DNA of 64,000 nucleotides from an uncultured Alphaproteobacteria bacterium (GTDB lineage Bacteria; Pseudomonadota; Alphaproteobacteria; Acetobacterales; Acetobacteraceae): NCBI GenBank assembly GCA_963789495.1, contig CAWBLP010000031.1, positions 118,679 to 182,678 of the forward strand, read 5' to 3'. Shown piece by piece: positions 63,137 to 64,000 of this stretch (position 1 is its first letter; each line of letters starts with the position of its first letter). The notes under the pieces were generated by a model. It saw only the letters and a program-made list of their open reading frames with translations, ran no database searches and was not told where the DNA came from. The position numbers and the translations under genes were made by a program.

Positions 63137-64000
63137 GTGACGCCTTTCGGAAACGACGAAGCGAATCCGGCCACCGAGCTCGATGCGCTGGTGATCGGCG
63201 CGGGTTTTGCCGGACTGTATCAGCTGCTGTGCCTGCGTGACCGCCTCGGTCTGTCGGTGAAGGTGCTGGAAGCGGGTGGCGGCGTCGGCGGCACCTGGTA
63301 CTGGAACCGCTATCCCGGTGCGCGCTGCGATTCGGAAAGCCATGTGTATTGGTACACCTTCTCCCCCGAGCTGATGCGCGAATGGGAATGGTCCGAGCGC
63401 TATCCCGGCCAGGCCGAAATCCTGCGCTATCTGAACTTCGTCGCCGACAAGTTCGACCTGAAGCGCAGCATCCAGTTCAACGCGCGCGTGGCGTCGGCGC
63501 AGTACGACGAAGCGGCCAACCGCTGGCGCGTTCGTACGGAACAGGGTGAAGTCTTCGTCGCAAAATATCTGATCACGGCGGTCGGCTGTCTTTCCACCGC
63601 CAATGTCCCGCAGATACCCGGGCTGCAGGATTTCAAGGGCAGTTGGTACCACACCGGGCAATGGCCGCATGACGGCGTCGATTTCACCGGCAAGTCGGTC
63701 GGCATGATCGGCACCGGATCGACCGGCATTCAGGCCGCACCGGTGATTGCCGCCCAGGCGAAGCACCTGACGGTGTTTCAGCGCACCGCGAATTATTCGG
63801 TGCCGGCTCGCAACGTACCGTTGACGCCGGATTTCAAGCGATACGTCAAGCAGAACGCCGAGGAAATCCGCACCACCACGCTGCAGACCTATAACGGCAT
63901 GGGCTTCAGGGTGGAGGATCGCAAGGCGGTCGAAACCGCTCCCGAGGAGCGCGAGACGATCTATGAGGCCGCCTGGGAGCGCGGCGGACTGCAGTTCCGG
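63137..64000 (+). CDS. Baeyer-Villiger (cyclohexanone-type) flavin monooxygenase, 3' end outside window
   Basis: GTG 63137 after aaggaaggg. FAD motif VIGAGFAGL, WYWNRYPGARCD, BVMO fingerprint FKGSWYHTGQWPHD, NADP motif GTGSTG. Open to the window edge, so absent from the ORF track. Confidence 0.85.
   Translation, partial: MTPFGNDEANPATELDALVIGAGFAGLYQLLCLRDRLGLSVKVLEAGGGVGGTWYWNRYPGARCDSESHVYWYTFSPELMREWEWSERYPGQAEILRYLNFVADKFDLKRSIQFNARVASAQYDEAANRWRVRTEQGEVFVAKYLITAVGCLSTANVPQIPGLQDFKGSWYHTGQWPHDGVDFTGKSVGMIGTGSTGIQAAPVIAAQAKHLTVFQRTANYSVPARNVPLTPDFKRYVKQNAEEIRTTTLQTYNGMGFRVEDRKAVETAPEERETIYEAAWERGGLQFR

Overview
High-G+C chromosomal segment (by eye about 65-70% G+C, not computed). Gene content looks alphaproteobacterial, possibly Acetobacteraceae/Rhodospirillales-like, but that is inference only. 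Most of the window is housekeeping or metabolism: tauD, ggt, zapE, hisZ, acdR-acdS, tRNA-His, truA-fmt-def, cca, dapF-mtaB-ftsY, dnaB, alr, mlaE, plus assorted oxidoreductases and hydrolases. Many long ORFs in the six-frame track are antisense shadow ORFs typical of high-GC DNA and are rejected. Two regions stand out. (1) 4.1-12.1 kb holds a same-strand trio: a cytoplasmic leucine-rich-repeat protein, an SNF2 helicase, and a 1338-aa PglX/DrmMI-like N6-adenine methyltransferase. None of the BREX or DISARM core genes is present, so this may be a non-canonical modification-linked defence or epigenetic module. (2) About 55.2-61.8 kb is a visibly lower-GC mobile island. It carries an IS5-family element with a 4-bp target duplication, a Harbinger-like DDE_Tnp_4 transposase and an orphan MNT-type nucleotidyltransferase. 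Next to the MNT sit three translationally coupled genes of unknown function (HEPN-like, membrane-anchored, small soluble), a candidate uncharacterised toxin/abortive-infection cassette. Other notable items: an inositol-monophosphatase/ADP-ribosylglycohydrolase fusion; a RES-Xre toxin-antitoxin locus whose toxin is internally deleted; an orphan HigA; an IS4-family element inserted into a dispersed GC-rich repeat; two families of dispersed palindromic repeats; twin 175-bp giant hairpins; a 36-bp tandem array; a 12-bp in-frame repeat inside an acyl-CoA synthetase; and a candidate sRNA with C/U-rich loops. Six apparent frameshifts, all in the +1 direction, include two each in dapF and ftsY (ftsY is normally essential). 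They most likely reflect sequence-quality problems rather than biology. No rRNA and no CRISPR array were seen.
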